Assembly: GCA_947474715.1 (NCBI GenBank)
Contig: CANJJT010000010.1
Location: 2,746 to 66,745, forward strand
DNA length: 64,000 nucleotides
Direction of reading: 5' to 3'
Source: Betaproteobacteria bacterium
GTDB lineage: Bacteria; Pseudomonadota; Gammaproteobacteria; Burkholderiales; SG8-39
Shown: one piece after another, positions 9,610 to 19,220 of the stretch
Numbering within the stretch: the stretch's first letter is position 1
How the letters are laid out: each line of letters begins with the position of its first letter
The notes under the pieces: model-generated
Told to the model about the DNA's origin: nothing
The model's input: only the letters and a program-made list of their open reading frames with translations
Databases searched by the model: none
Translations under genes and position numbers: made by a program

Positions 9610-9636
9610 CACGCTTCATTTCCGATTGATTTTTCA

Positions 9637-10869
9637 ATGACAAGTTCACTCGCGATGCCCCGTCTGCGCGCTGCTGAATACAAGCTCCGGAACGCCCCTG
9701 TTCGTTCCCGTCCGATTCGCTCCAGCCTGCACCGATTGCTGCGCGGCGCCCTGATTGCCGGCCTGTGCGTGCTGGCCCCACTGATGCCGGCACGCGCCGT
9801 CGAAGCGCCGGCACCGCCCCCCATCGCCGCCCGATCCTGGCTGCTGCTGGACCCGGCCTCGGGACAGATGCTGGCCAGCCAGTCGCCTGATGAACGCCTC
9901 GAGCCCGCCTCGCTCACCAAGCTGATGACCGCCTATGTGGTGTTCGTGGCGCTGCGCGACAAGAAGATCCGCCTCGACCAGGCGGTGAACGTGTCGCCGA
10001 AAGCCTGGAAGACCGGCGGCTCGCGCATGTTCATCGACCCGAAGAAACCGGTGATCGTGGAAGACCTGATCCGCGGCATGATCGTGCAATCAGGCAACGA
10101 TGCCTGCGTGGCGCTGGCCGAGGCGGTGGCAGGCTCCGAGGAAGTTTTCGTCGAACTGATGAACCGCGAGGCGGCACGCCTGGGCATGAAGGGCACCAGC
10201 TTCATGAACTCCACCGGGCTGCCCGACCCCAAGCACTACACCACTGCACGCGATCTGGGCATGCTCGCCACGGCGCTGATCCGGGACTTCCCGCAGGAAT
10301 ACAAGTACTACTCGCAGCGCGAGTTCCGCTACAACAACATCACCCAGCCCAACCGCAACCGCCTGCTGTTCCTCGACCCCAACGTCGATGGCGTGAAAAC
10401 CGGCCACACCGACAATGCCGGCTACTGCCTGATCGCCTCGGCCGTGCGCGGACCGCGCCGCCTGATCAGCGTGCTGCTGGGTGCAAGTTCCGACAGCCTG
10501 CGTGCGCAGGAAAGCCAGAAACTGCTCAACTACGGCTTCCAGCTCTTCGACAGCGTGCGCGTGTATGCCAAGGGAACATCAGTGAGCACGCTCAAGGTGT
10601 TCAAAGGCAGCGAGCGCCAGCTGAACGTGGGCGTGCCCGAAGACCTCGTCGTCTCCGTGCCCAAGGGCGCCGGCGACAAGGTCAAGGCCGAGTTCCTCGC
10701 CAAGGAACCGCTGATCGCCCCCATCGCCGCCGGCCAGAACGTCGGCTCCATCCGCGTGGTGCTCGATGGCCGGCAGATCGGCGAATATCCGGTGGTGGCG
10801 CTCAACGCGATCCCCGTGGCGGGCATCATCGGGCGCACCGTGGACACCATCCGCATGTGGTTTGATTGA
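9637..10869 (+). CDS. dacC: D-alanyl-D-alanine carboxypeptidase (PBP5/6 family)
   Basis: Signal peptide. SxxK motif (ASLTKLMT), SGN (QSGND) and KTGHT. C-terminal PBP5-type beta domain. Confidence 0.85.
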   Translation: MTSSLAMPRLRAAEYKLRNAPVRSRPIRSSLHRLLRGALIAGLCVLAPLMPARAVEAPAPPPIAARSWLLLDPASGQMLASQSPDERLEPASLTKLMTAYVVFVALRDKKIRLDQAVNVSPKAWKTGGSRMFIDPKKPVIVEDLIRGMIVQSGNDACVALAEAVAGSEEVFVELMNREAARLGMKGTSFMNSTGLPDPKHYTTARDLGMLATALIRDFPQEYKYYSQREFRYNNITQPNRNRLLFLDPNVDGVKTGHTDNAGYCLIASAVRGPRRLISVLLGASSDSLRAQESQKLLNYGFQLFDSVRVYAKGTSVSTLKVFKGSERQLNVGVPEDLVVSVPKGAGDKVKAEFLAKEPLIAPIAAGQNVGSIRVVLDGRQIGEYPVVALNAIPVAGIIGRTVDTIRMWFD

Positions 10870-11018
10870 ACCGGGCCACGGCTTCCCGGCCAGACCCAAC
10901 GGATATTATGATCATATCCAGACGCCCATTATCATGCTCATTGAATGAATGGAGGCATTGTGATCAAAGCACTCACCAATGACCAGGTCCCCGATCCGTT
11001 CCTGCCAGGCGCTGTGAG

Positions 11019-11909
11019 ATGAGCCAGCCTGCCACACAGAAGACGGTGTACCTGAATGGCGAGTACCTGCCACTGGAAGAGGCGCGCATCCCGGTGCTGG
11101 ACCGTGGCTTCATCTTCGGCGACGGCATCTACGAATTTATCCCGGTCTTCGGGCGCATCCCCTTTCGCATGCACGAGCACTACCAGCGCCTGGAGCGCTC
11201 GCTCGCTGCAGTGCGCATCCCCAATCCCTTCGACGAAGCCGGATTTGCCGCCATCGTGGCGAGGCTGATGGACAGCCATCCCTGGGAGAACCAGGGCATC
11301 TACGTGCACATCACCCGCGGCGTGGCGCCGCGCGACCACAGCTTTCCGAAGGACATCCGGCCTACCGTCTTCATCATGGCCAATCCACTCGCGCTGCCCA
11401 CGCCGGCCCAGATCAGTGAAGGCCTGTCAGTCTCGGTGCGCGAGGACATCCGCTGGCTGCTCTGCGACATCAAGGCGATTTCCCTGCTCGGCCACTGCAT
11501 GCTGCGCACCGAAGCCACCGATGAGGGCAATGCCGAGGTGGTGCTCACTCGCAACGGCTTCCTCACCGAGGCCTCCTCCAGCAACGTGCTGGTGGTCAAG
11601 GATGGCACGGTGCTATGCCCGCCCAAGAATCACCTCATCCTCCCGGGCATCACCTACGACGTGGTGCTGGAACTGTTGCACGAGCATGGCTTCAAACATG
11701 AAGTTCGACCGGTGACGGTGGCCGAACTGCGCAGTGCCGACGAGGTCTGGATCACCTCCTCCACCAAGGACGTGCTGGCCATCACGCGCATGGACGGCCA
11801 ACCCGTAGGCTCAGGCAGGCCCGGACCGCTACTCCAGCGCATCCGGCCGCTGTTCACCGCGCTCAAGGCAAGACTGGCCGCGACCGGAGGCTTGCCGGCC
11901 CGCGCCTGA
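11019..11909 (+). CDS. dat: D-amino-acid (D-alanine) aminotransferase, class IV PLP enzyme
   Basis: N-terminal …YLNGEYLPLEEARIPVLDRGFIFGDGIYEF… and a catalytic-Lys context …CDIKAISLL… typical of fold-type IV aminotransferases. Confidence 0.8.
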   Translation: MSQPATQKTVYLNGEYLPLEEARIPVLDRGFIFGDGIYEFIPVFGRIPFRMHEHYQRLERSLAAVRIPNPFDEAGFAAIVARLMDSHPWENQGIYVHITRGVAPRDHSFPKDIRPTVFIMANPLALPTPAQISEGLSVSVREDIRWLLCDIKAISLLGHCMLRTEATDEGNAEVVLTRNGFLTEASSSNVLVVKDGTVLCPPKNHLILPGITYDVVLELLHEHGFKHEVRPVTVAELRSADEVWITSSTKDVLAITRMDGQPVGSGRPGPLLQRIRPLFTALKARLAATGGLPARA

Positions 11910-11973
11910 AGGTCGGGTTCGGCAGCAAACTTTCAACCATTGACGCCCCACAGACAATACAAGGCAAGCGGCC

Positions 11974-12279
11974 ATGTCCGACACCCCCACATCCGATGAC
12001 GGCGCCCCGCCCGGGGAACTGAAAACCACGCTGCTCGAATTCCCCTGCGACTTCCCCATCAAGATCATGGGCAAGACCCAGCCCGGCTTCGCCCAGACCA
12101 TCCTCGATGTGGTGCGGCGCCACGCGCCGGATTTCGACCCGGCCACGGTGGAAATGCGCCCCAGCCGCGAAAAGACCTATCTCAGCATCACCGCCACCTT
12201 CCAGGCGCAATCGCAGGTACAGATCGACAACCTCTATCGCGAACTGTGCGACCACCCCATGGTGTCCATCGTCCTGTAG
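11974..12279 (+). CDS. ybeD: YbeD/DUF493 family protein
   Basis: About 100 aa with …LEFPCDFPIKIMG… It lies immediately upstream of lipB, as in many proteobacteria. Confidence 0.8.
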   Translation: MSDTPTSDDGAPPGELKTTLLEFPCDFPIKIMGKTQPGFAQTILDVVRRHAPDFDPATVEMRPSREKTYLSITATFQAQSQVQIDNLYRELCDHPMVSIVL

Positions 12280-12391
12280 TTGCATCAAGTCAGGACAGGC
12301 AAGCACACGGCATCAGGCATGCCCCGTCTGTCGCGGGAATCCGTCCGGCCCTGGCGACGCACAGGCGCTGCGGCCAGACCCCGGGCGTAAA

Positions 12392-13189
12392 ATGAAACTC
12401 ACCATGGAATTCCCCGCCGTCCCGGCAGTCATACCGGGAACCTCTCTCCCCCCTCCGGTCAGCGGTGCGGGGTTTGATACTTTCCCCACCCCTGCGGGCG
12501 GGGGTGGCCCGGCCTGCCATGTGCGCACGCTCGGGCTGATGGACTACCAGCCCGTATGGCAGGCGATGCAGGACTACACCGCAGCGCGAACCGCGCAGAC
12601 CACGGATGAATTGTGGATCGTCGAGCATCCTGCCGTGTACACCGTGGGACTCGCCGGACGCGAAGCACATTATCCGAAGACGGCCAGCCGCATTCCGGTG
12701 ATTCGCATCGACCGCGGCGGGCAGATCACCTATCACGGCCCCGGCCAGGTGGTGGTGTATGCCCTGGTGGACCTGGTGCGGCGCGCCATCAAGGTGCGCG
12801 AGATGGTCTGCCTGCTCGAACAGGCCGCCATCGATGAACTGGCGGCGCACGGCATCGGCGGCCTGCGCCGCGCAGGCGCGCCTGGTGTCTATGTCGATGG
12901 CGCCAAGATCGCCGCCCTCGGCCTCAAGGTGAAACGCCAGGGCTGCTATCACGGTATCAGCCTCAACGTGGACATGGACCTCACGCCCTTCAATGCCATC
13001 GACCCCTGCGGCTATCCCGGACTGCCGGTCACCAGCCTCGCGCAACTGGGCGTCACCTCGCGCCCCGCTGCCGTGGCGCAATCACTGGCGCGCCGCATCG
13101 TCGCGGCGCTGGACAAGGCGCCAACTGCGCAGGCCGGCACAGCCTGTGCCACCAGTACATCCCCGTCCCACCTTTCCCCTGCGGTGTGA
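12392..13189 (+). CDS. lipB: Octanoyltransferase LipB (start uncertain)
   Basis: …[13 protein letters not shown]…[12 protein letters not shown]…KI(A)ALG…CYHG(I)SLNV… The stop overlaps the lipA start. The true start may be downstream of 12392. Confidence 0.85.
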   Translation: MKLTMEFPAVPAVIPGTSLPPPVSGAGFDTFPTPAGGGGPACHVRTLGLMDYQPVWQAMQDYTAARTAQTTDELWIVEHPAVYTVGLAGREAHYPKTASRIPVIRIDRGGQITYHGPGQVVVYALVDLVRRAIKVREMVCLLEQAAIDELAAHGIGGLRRAGAPGVYVDGAKIAALGLKVKRQGCYHGISLNVDMDLTPFNAIDPCGYPGLPVTSLAQLGVTSRPAAVAQSLARRIVAALDKAPTAQAGTACATSTSPSHLSPAV

Positions 13190-14187
13190 ACATGAAATCC
13201 TCAGAACTCGACGCACTCGACCCGGAACAGAAAAAAGCGCTGCAGAAAGGCGCCCTCAAGACCAACAAGATCCCGATCAAGATCATCCCGGTGGAGCGCC
13301 TGCGCAAGCCCGAGTGGATACGCGTCAAGGCGGCCTCGGCCAACTCGCGCTTCCACGACATCAAGCGCATCCTGCGCGACAACAAGCTGCACACCGTGTG
13401 CGAGGAAGCCTCCTGCCCCAACATCGGCGAATGCTTCGGCAAGGGCACCGCCACCTTCATGATCATGGGTGACATCTGCACCCGCCGCTGCCCGTTCTGC
13501 GACGTCGCTCACGGCAAGCCCAAACCGCTGGATGCCGAGGAACCGCTGCACCTGGCGCAGACCATCGCCAAGCTCAAGCTCTCCTACGTCGTCATCACCA
13601 GCGTCGACCGCGACGACCAGAAGGACGGTGGCGCCGGCCATTTCGTCGAATGCATCCGCGCCGTGCGCGAGCATTCACCGTCCACCACCATCGAAGTGCT
13701 GGTGCCGGATTTCCGCGGCCGCCTCGACCGAGCCCTGGATGTGCTGCAAGCCGCGCCGCCCGATGTCATGAACCACAACCTGGAAACCGTGCCACGCCTG
13801 TATCGCGCTGCGCGTCCCGGCGGCGACTACGCGCACTCGCTCAAGCTGCTCAAGGCCTTCAAGGAACGGCACCCCGGTGTGCCCACCAAGTCCGGCCTGA
13901 TGGTCGGCCTGGGGGAGACGGATGAGGAAATACTCGAAGTCATGCGCGACCTGCGAGCCCATAACGTCGACATGCTCACCATCGGCCAATACCTGCAGCC
14001 CTCCGTACACCACCTGCCGGTGCTGCGCTACGTCGATCCGTCGGTGTTCCGCATGTGGGAATCCGAAGCGAAGACCATGGGCTTCATGCACGCCGCCGTC
14101 GGCGCCATGGTGCGCTCCTCCTACCACGCCGACCAGCAGGCGCATCAGGCCGGCGTGTCCCCTGTGGGGATGCCTCGCGCAACGTAG
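13186..14187 (+). CDS. lipA: Lipoyl synthase (radical SAM)
   Basis: Cys clusters [12 protein letters not shown] and CTRRCPFC. …VITSVDRDD… Typical length. Confidence 0.95.
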   Translation: MNMKSSELDALDPEQKKALQKGALKTNKIPIKIIPVERLRKPEWIRVKAASANSRFHDIKRILRDNKLHTVCEEASCPNIGECFGKGTATFMIMGDICTRRCPFCDVAHGKPKPLDAEEPLHLAQTIAKLKLSYVVITSVDRDDQKDGGAGHFVECIRAVREHSPSTTIEVLVPDFRGRLDRALDVLQAAPPDVMNHNLETVPRLYRAARPGGDYAHSLKLLKAFKERHPGVPTKSGLMVGLGETDEEILEVMRDLRAHNVDMLTIGQYLQPSVHHLPVLRYVDPSVFRMWESEAKTMGFMHAAVGAMVRSSYHADQQAHQAGVSPVGMPRAT

Positions 14188-14260
14188 GGGGCAAACCTGG
14201 CAGGGGTGCGTTATTGCCCCCGTGTGTCCAGTACGCTGCGTCGAATTCCGGGGAAGCCGC

Positions 14261-14483
14261 GTGTTTACCCCCTTGTCAAAGGGGGCCGACTCGCGCGTCG
14301 CGCGAGCGGGGGGATTTTGGCCAACCAGACTCATCCCCGACTTGATCAGATCGTGCCGGTAATCCCGATCATGCTTGTAGCCTGGCAGGCAGGTCTGACT
14401 TTGTGGACCGAGCTGCACGGTCGTTGAAAATCCCCCCGCGCGACTGCGTCGCGTCGGCCCCCTTTGACAAGGGGGTTAACACC
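14261..14483. mobile_element. MITE-like element: two ~58-bp terminal inverted repeats flanking a ~105-bp core, no coding capacity
   Basis: Arm 14261-14320 is the reverse complement of arm 14426-14483, apart from an internal variable hairpin. The core resembles the core of the 47227-47480 copy. Confidence 0.75.
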
Positions 14484-14497
14484 CATGAGCCATGCCA

Positions 14498-14527
14498 GAA
14501 AAAAAGCCGGGATAAGCCCGGCTTTTC
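14498..14527 (-). terminator. Rho-independent terminator (bidirectional form) after the desaturase gene
   Basis: AAAAAAAGCCGGG-ATAAG-CCCGGCTTTT. On the minus strand the stem is followed by a T-run. It lies about 20 nt past the 14546 stop. Confidence 0.8.
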
Positions 14528-14545
14528 TGCTGTAACACCGACCCA

Positions 14546-15733
14546 TCAGGCGTAGGAGCGCAGCCGTTCGGAGAAACGCGCCAGCGGCGCGATGCCGCTT
14601 TGCTCGGCACGATGGCACCAGTCCTGCAACTGCGCCACCAGCTGTTCCTTGGAAGCCATGGAGCGGCTCCACAGCTCGGTCAGCTCGCCGCGCATGGCTA
14701 CCAGCTTCTGCAGCGTCGGTGACGGGGCCAGTGCAACGGCGAGCTCTTCGCGCTCGGTCTGGCTGAGCAGCGACTCGTCGCGACGCAGCGAGGATTTGAG
14801 TGAATCCAGGCGCTCGGCCTCCAGCGGGGCGCTCTGGCGCAGCCGCTGCAACTCCTCGCCCATGGCCTGCTTGAGCGACACCGCGTAATGCGCCAGCACG
14901 TCGTAGCGGTTGCGGATCACCGCCTCCAGCAAACCGGCATCCACCGACGCCTTGGGATCGGCAATGCGCGGGACCGGCGCCACATGCTTCACCTTGCACA
15001 GGCCCAGGGCCTGCAGGATCTGGATGTACACCCAGCCGATGTCGAACTCGTACCATTTGCTGGAGAACTTCGCCGAGGTAGCATGCGCGTGGTGGTTGTT
15101 GTGCAGTTCCTCGCCACCGATGAGGATGCCGATCGGCACGATGTTGGTGCTGGTGTCCGGCGTGTGCTGGTTGCGATAGCCGTAGTAGTGGCCCACGCCG
15201 TTGATGACACCGGCCGCCCAGAAGGGAATCCAGATGATCTGCGTGCCCAGGATCAGCAGGCCCGGGATGAAGCCGAACAGCACCACGTTGATCAGGCCCA
15301 TGGTGACGATGCCGTGGACCATGAAGCGTGAATAGACATTGCGCTCGAGCCAGTCATCGGGCGTACCCGAGCCGTAGCGCTCGATGGTCTCGGGGTTCTT
15401 CTTTTCCTTGACGTAGAGCAGCACGCCGCCGAACAGCACCTGGTTGATGCCGTAGAACATCGGGCTGTGCGGATCTTCGGCGGTTTCGCACTTGGCGTGG
15501 TGCTTGCGGTGCACCGCCACCCATTCGCGCGTCACCATGCCCGTGGTCATCCACAGCCAGAGGCGGAAAAAGTGGCTCGGTATGGCGTGCAGTTCCATGG
15601 CGCGGTGTGCCTGGGCACGGTGCAGGAACAGCGTGACGGCACTGATGGTGATGTGCGTGAGCCCCAGGGCCACCAGCACAAAGCCCCACCAGGGCAGGTC
15701 AAACACGCCAAAAAACAGGAAATTCCAGTCCAT
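14546..15733 (-). CDS. Membrane acyl-CoA/acyl-lipid delta-9 fatty acid desaturase
   Basis: His boxes HRAQAH…, HRKHH and HNNHH. N-terminal TM helices. Length and layout match DesA-type desaturases. Confidence 0.85.
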   Translation of the reverse strand: MDWNFLFFGVFDLPWWGFVLVALGLTHITISAVTLFLHRAQAHRAMELHAIPSHFFRLWLWMTTGMVTREWVAVHRKHHAKCETAEDPHSPMFYGINQVLFGGVLLYVKEKKNPETIERYGSGTPDDWLERNVYSRFMVHGIVTMGLINVVLFGFIPGLLILGTQIIWIPFWAAGVINGVGHYYGYRNQHTPDTSTNIVPIGILIGGEELHNNHHAHATSAKFSSKWYEFDIGWVYIQILQALGLCKVKHVAPVPRIADPKASVDAGLLEAVIRNRYDVLAHYAVSLKQAMGEELQRLRQSAPLEAERLDSLKSSLRRDESLLSQTEREELAVALAPSPTLQKLVAMRGELTELWSRSMASKEQLVAQLQDWCHRAEQSGIAPLARFSERLRSYA

Positions 15734-15865
15734 AAATATTCTCCCCGAATTGAATCGGCAGGGGGCCCAGTATATCCCCCCCGGGGTGCGATCCCCACCT
15801 GCAGCGCAACATAAATACCCTGCTCAAAAACTCGGAAATACCTTAAGAATCAGTGGGAATCTGGC

Positions 15866-16177
15866 TCAGCTTCGGTCGTCGATGGCGCGAGGCGAACTGC
15901 CGCGCCCGGAGGCATCACCCGGTCCGGCTTCTGGCGGCGAAGCGGTCCCGCCCTCCCGCTCCACTTCGAACTGGCCTTCGATCACCACCGGTTCATGATC
16001 GGAGGCTTCGCCAGACTGTCGTGCAGCAGGGGAGCGCGGGAAAAAACGCCGCCACGCCACCCACGAGCCCACCAGCACCACGGCAAACACCGCGATCCAC
16101 CAGGCGATGAACAGACCCACCAGGCCGACGATGGCCATGGTGGCAACCAGGATGAACTGAAGCAGGGATTTGAGCAT
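15866..16177 (-). CDS. Small hypothetical membrane protein (two predicted TM helices)
   Basis: Hydrophobic N-terminal half (LLQFILVATMAIVGLVGLFIAWWIAVFAVVLVGSWVAW). Same strand as the desaturase and upstream of it. No family recognised. Confidence 0.45.
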   Translation of the reverse strand: MLKSLLQFILVATMAIVGLVGLFIAWWIAVFAVVLVGSWVAWRRFFPRSPAARQSGEASDHEPVVIEGQFEVEREGGTASPPEAGPGDASGRGSSPRAIDDRS

Positions 16178-16554
16178 GTGGGAACTTGAAAGGTTAGGAC
16201 AGTCGCAATCGATGGCAGTTCAGGCTGGCTCCGGAAGGGCGCACTGCAGCAACGCATTCTACCTACGCAAATTGGCGGCGTTTCCTATAGAAGGCAACCG
16301 GGTGCTGCAGCTAGTATCACTCATCCCGTCGCGCGCGCCGTAGCGGCCATGAGAATCGTGAGTGGATAGTTGAATACCGACTGCATCAGCAAGGGAAAGG
16401 AAGCCGAAAAGGGGCTTGATGCAAGGCAGGGGTGGCGATTCCAGCGCACGCCCGTGGCACTGGCACGGATGCCAAGCACCCTGCGGTATCATCCCCGCCA
16501 GCCCTGGGTCCGGCCGGGCGCAGGGAAAAACCAAAGGCAAAAGGAGGGGTACCG

Positions 16555-17574
16555 ATGCGTTCACTCATTCGCCCTGTGTCATTTAGCACCATGTCACGTC
16601 GAACCGCCTGCGCTGCACTCACCGCAGCCGCCGCAAGCCTGACCTCCGCCAGTGGCCTCGCCCAGGGCATCGGTGACTGGCCCAACCGGCCGGTCAGCTG
16701 GATCATTGCCACCTCGCCCGGTGGCGGCGTGGATTTCGAGTCGCGCCTGTATTCGCAAAAGCTCAACGAGGCGTTCGGCAAGCCCTTCGTGCTCGATTAC
16801 AAACCCGGCGCCGGCTCGACCATCGGCGCGGCCTACGTCTCCAAGGCGGCACCGGATGGCTACACCATCCTGTCGATGACGCCCAGCCACACCATCTCGC
16901 CGCTGGTCTACGCGACGCTGCCCTACAACCTGGACCGCGACTTCTCGCACATCTCGCTCACCAGCAAGCGGCCCAGCCTGTTCCTGGTGCACCCGTCCTT
17001 CCCGGCGAAGGACTTCAAGCAATACGTCGCCCTCGCGCGCCAGAACCCGGACAAGTACAACATCGGCACCTCCGGCGCCGGCACCATCGGTCACCTGGCG
17101 CTCGAATGGCTGCACAGCCTGGTGGGCGCCAAGGTCACCTACGTCAACTTCAAGGGCGGCGGCCCCTCCTACACCGCGCTCATCTCCGGGCAGCTCGATG
17201 GCGTGATCGGCAGCCCCGCGGCCATGATCCCGCACATCAAGTCAGGCAAGGCACGCGCACTGGTCACTACCACTTCCGAGCGGCTCAAGGTGCTGCCCGA
17301 CCTGCCCACCGTGCAGGAAGAGGGCTACGCCGGTTATGACTACGCCCAGTGGATAGGCGTGGTGGCCCCGGCCAGGACACCCGTTGCGATCCGCGAGCGC
17401 CTGAGCGCCGAGCTGGCCAAGATCGTGAAGATGCCCGACGTCTACGCCAAGGTCGCCGACGACGGCACCATCATGATCGGCAGCAGCCCGGAGTACCTGC
17501 GCAAGTACATCAGCGATGAGGCCGCGCGCTGGCGCAAGGTGGTCAACGACTCGGGCATCAAGCTGGCCGAGTAG
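16555..17574 (+). CDS. Bug family (TctC-like) substrate-binding protein
   Basis: AAGGAGG RBS. Signal peptide. …WPNRPVSWIIATSPGGGVD… and …VNFKGGGPSYTALISGQLD…. Confidence 0.85.
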   Translation: MRSLIRPVSFSTMSRRTACAALTAAAASLTSASGLAQGIGDWPNRPVSWIIATSPGGGVDFESRLYSQKLNEAFGKPFVLDYKPGAGSTIGAAYVSKAAPDGYTILSMTPSHTISPLVYATLPYNLDRDFSHISLTSKRPSLFLVHPSFPAKDFKQYVALARQNPDKYNIGTSGAGTIGHLALEWLHSLVGAKVTYVNFKGGGPSYTALISGQLDGVIGSPAAMIPHIKSGKARALVTTTSERLKVLPDLPTVQEEGYAGYDYAQWIGVVAPARTPVAIRERLSAELAKIVKMPDVYAKVADDGTIMIGSSPEYLRKYISDEAARWRKVVNDSGIKLAE

Positions 17575-17650
17575 CGCAGCAGGAACGCAGCATCAGCGCA
17601 AGACAAGGGCTGCCCGCCAGCCCCACAAGAACACTCCAGAGAGGAACGCC

Positions 17651-18853
17651 ATGAAACTCGAATCCGTCTACGACTTTCGCATCGCCCCCGCCCCGGCCCG
17701 CGTCTACAGCGGCAAGGACGCCCTGGGCAATCTGCCCGCGGAACTGAAGCGCCAGCGCGCCAAGCGCGCCTTCATCCTGTGCGGCCAGTCGGTCTCCAAA
17801 AAGACCGACATCATCACGCGCATGAAGGCGCTGCTGGGTGAGGCCTTTGCCGGCATCTACGACCAGATGAAAAAGGACACCCCCATCGACGACATCATGG
17901 CCGCGCGCGAACTGGCCCGCGCCTGCCAGGCCGACATCCTCATCGCCGTGGGCGGCGGCAGCGCCATGCAGGGCGGGCGGGTGCTTGCCATCATGCTGGC
18001 CGAGAAAGGCGCCCCCGAGGAGCTGTGCACCCAGTACCCGGAATTCGGCAATGCCATCAGTCCCAAGCTGCTGGAGAAGAAACTGCCCATCATCAATGTG
18101 CTCACCGTGCCCAACTCCGCGCAGAACCGCGGCGGCTCGCCGGTCAAGAAGGGCGACTACCGCCTGGAGTTCTTCGACCCCAAGACCCGGCCGGTCGCCC
18201 TCATCTGGGATGCCGATGCGCTCATGACCGCGCCGGACTCGATGATGCGCAACACCGCCTGCTCACTCCTTTGGCGGGCCAGCATGGACCTGGGCTACAA
18301 GCGCGCCAATACCCTCGCCCAGTACAACCGCCGCAACGTGCTCGACATCGCCCGCGGTGCCGTTCCGCGCATGCTCACCGACCCCGGTGCGCGCATCGAA
18401 ATGTGTGTGGCCTCCTACCTGCAGAACCGTGAGGCCGATGACGGCGGTACGCGCACCAACCACTGGGCCGGGCGCGTGGTGTATGCCTTTGCCACCTCCA
18501 TCTTCAACAAGTTCGAGCACGTCGGCCAGGGCGAAGCCCGTGCCGCCCTCACGCCCACGGTACTGCGCCGCATGGGCGGACGCGACCCCGAATGCATGTG
18601 CCGCATCGCCGAAGCCTGGGGCCTGTGGAAGGAAGGCGACCCCGCCGACCAGGCCCACCTGCGCCTGGCCGACGAACTGGAACGCCAGTTCAATGCGCTC
18701 AAGATGCCGAAGACACTCGGCGACATCAAGGTGCCCCGCGACGCCGCCGCCGCGTTGCTGGAAAATTCCCTGCGCAACTTCAACGCCGACCCCAAGCGCG
18801 AGTTCGTCAAGGAACGCGAGTTCCTGAAAGAAGTGCTGGAAGCTTGCTGGTAG
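17651..18853 (+). CDS. Iron-containing alcohol dehydrogenase superfamily protein (divergent, maleylacetate-reductase-like fold)
   Basis: Nucleotide-binding AVGGGSAMQGGR motif and overall Fe-ADH layout. Canonical metal ligands were not obvious by eye. Confidence 0.6.
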   Translation: MKLESVYDFRIAPAPARVYSGKDALGNLPAELKRQRAKRAFILCGQSVSKKTDIITRMKALLGEAFAGIYDQMKKDTPIDDIMAARELARACQADILIAVGGGSAMQGGRVLAIMLAEKGAPEELCTQYPEFGNAISPKLLEKKLPIINVLTVPNSAQNRGGSPVKKGDYRLEFFDPKTRPVALIWDADALMTAPDSMMRNTACSLLWRASMDLGYKRANTLAQYNRRNVLDIARGAVPRMLTDPGARIEMCVASYLQNREADDGGTRTNHWAGRVVYAFATSIFNKFEHVGQGEARAALTPTVLRRMGGRDPECMCRIAEAWGLWKEGDPADQAHLRLADELERQFNALKMPKTLGDIKVPRDAAAALLENSLRNFNADPKREFVKEREFLKEVLEACW

Positions 18854-19220
18854 GCGTTGCTACACCGGCAAGCTGGACAGGTCCGCTCGCATCCGTGGAC
18901 GGAAAAAGCGGACCGGCACAAGGGTAATGCCCCCCGCAAGGGTGGGCGTGCCGTCTCCCGGTGGTTGGGTTCCTCAGCGATTTCCCCGGGACACTGAGGC
19001 AGCAAACCTGGCAGGGTCGGCAAGCCCCCCCCCTGTCAAAGGCGCTTCACCACATTCCGGGGACCCAGGCTGTGAACCAGCCAGTTCCATGCGCATGCCT
19101 GGCTCTGACGGCCTGTCTGGCAGAAGGCCTGGCTTGTTCAATGGCCCGGGATGAGGCATTGCCGTCCAGGCCGGGACCACAACGGATCGTTTCGCCCGGG
19201 ACAAACGGCGCGCGCAACCG

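Noticed and set aside
16178-16554. 377-nt divergent intergenic region considered as a possible sRNA or riboswitch locus. The same applies to 9254-9636 and 18854-19220.
   Set aside because: I could recognise no riboswitch or sRNA consensus and no terminator-flanked unit. The ORFs there (16259-16564, 16370-16642) lack an RBS and any family resemblance. Rfam/cmscan would be needed to settle this.
18990-19160. Possible degenerate relic of the MITE family. GCAAACCTGGCAGGG is shared with 14195-14209, and CCCCCCCCTGTCAAAGG resembles the CCCCCTTGTCAAAGGGGG hairpin.
   Set aside because: Only a 15-mer and a partial hairpin match. There is no AAAATCCCCCC motif and no partner arm. This is too weak to call without a genome-wide profile.
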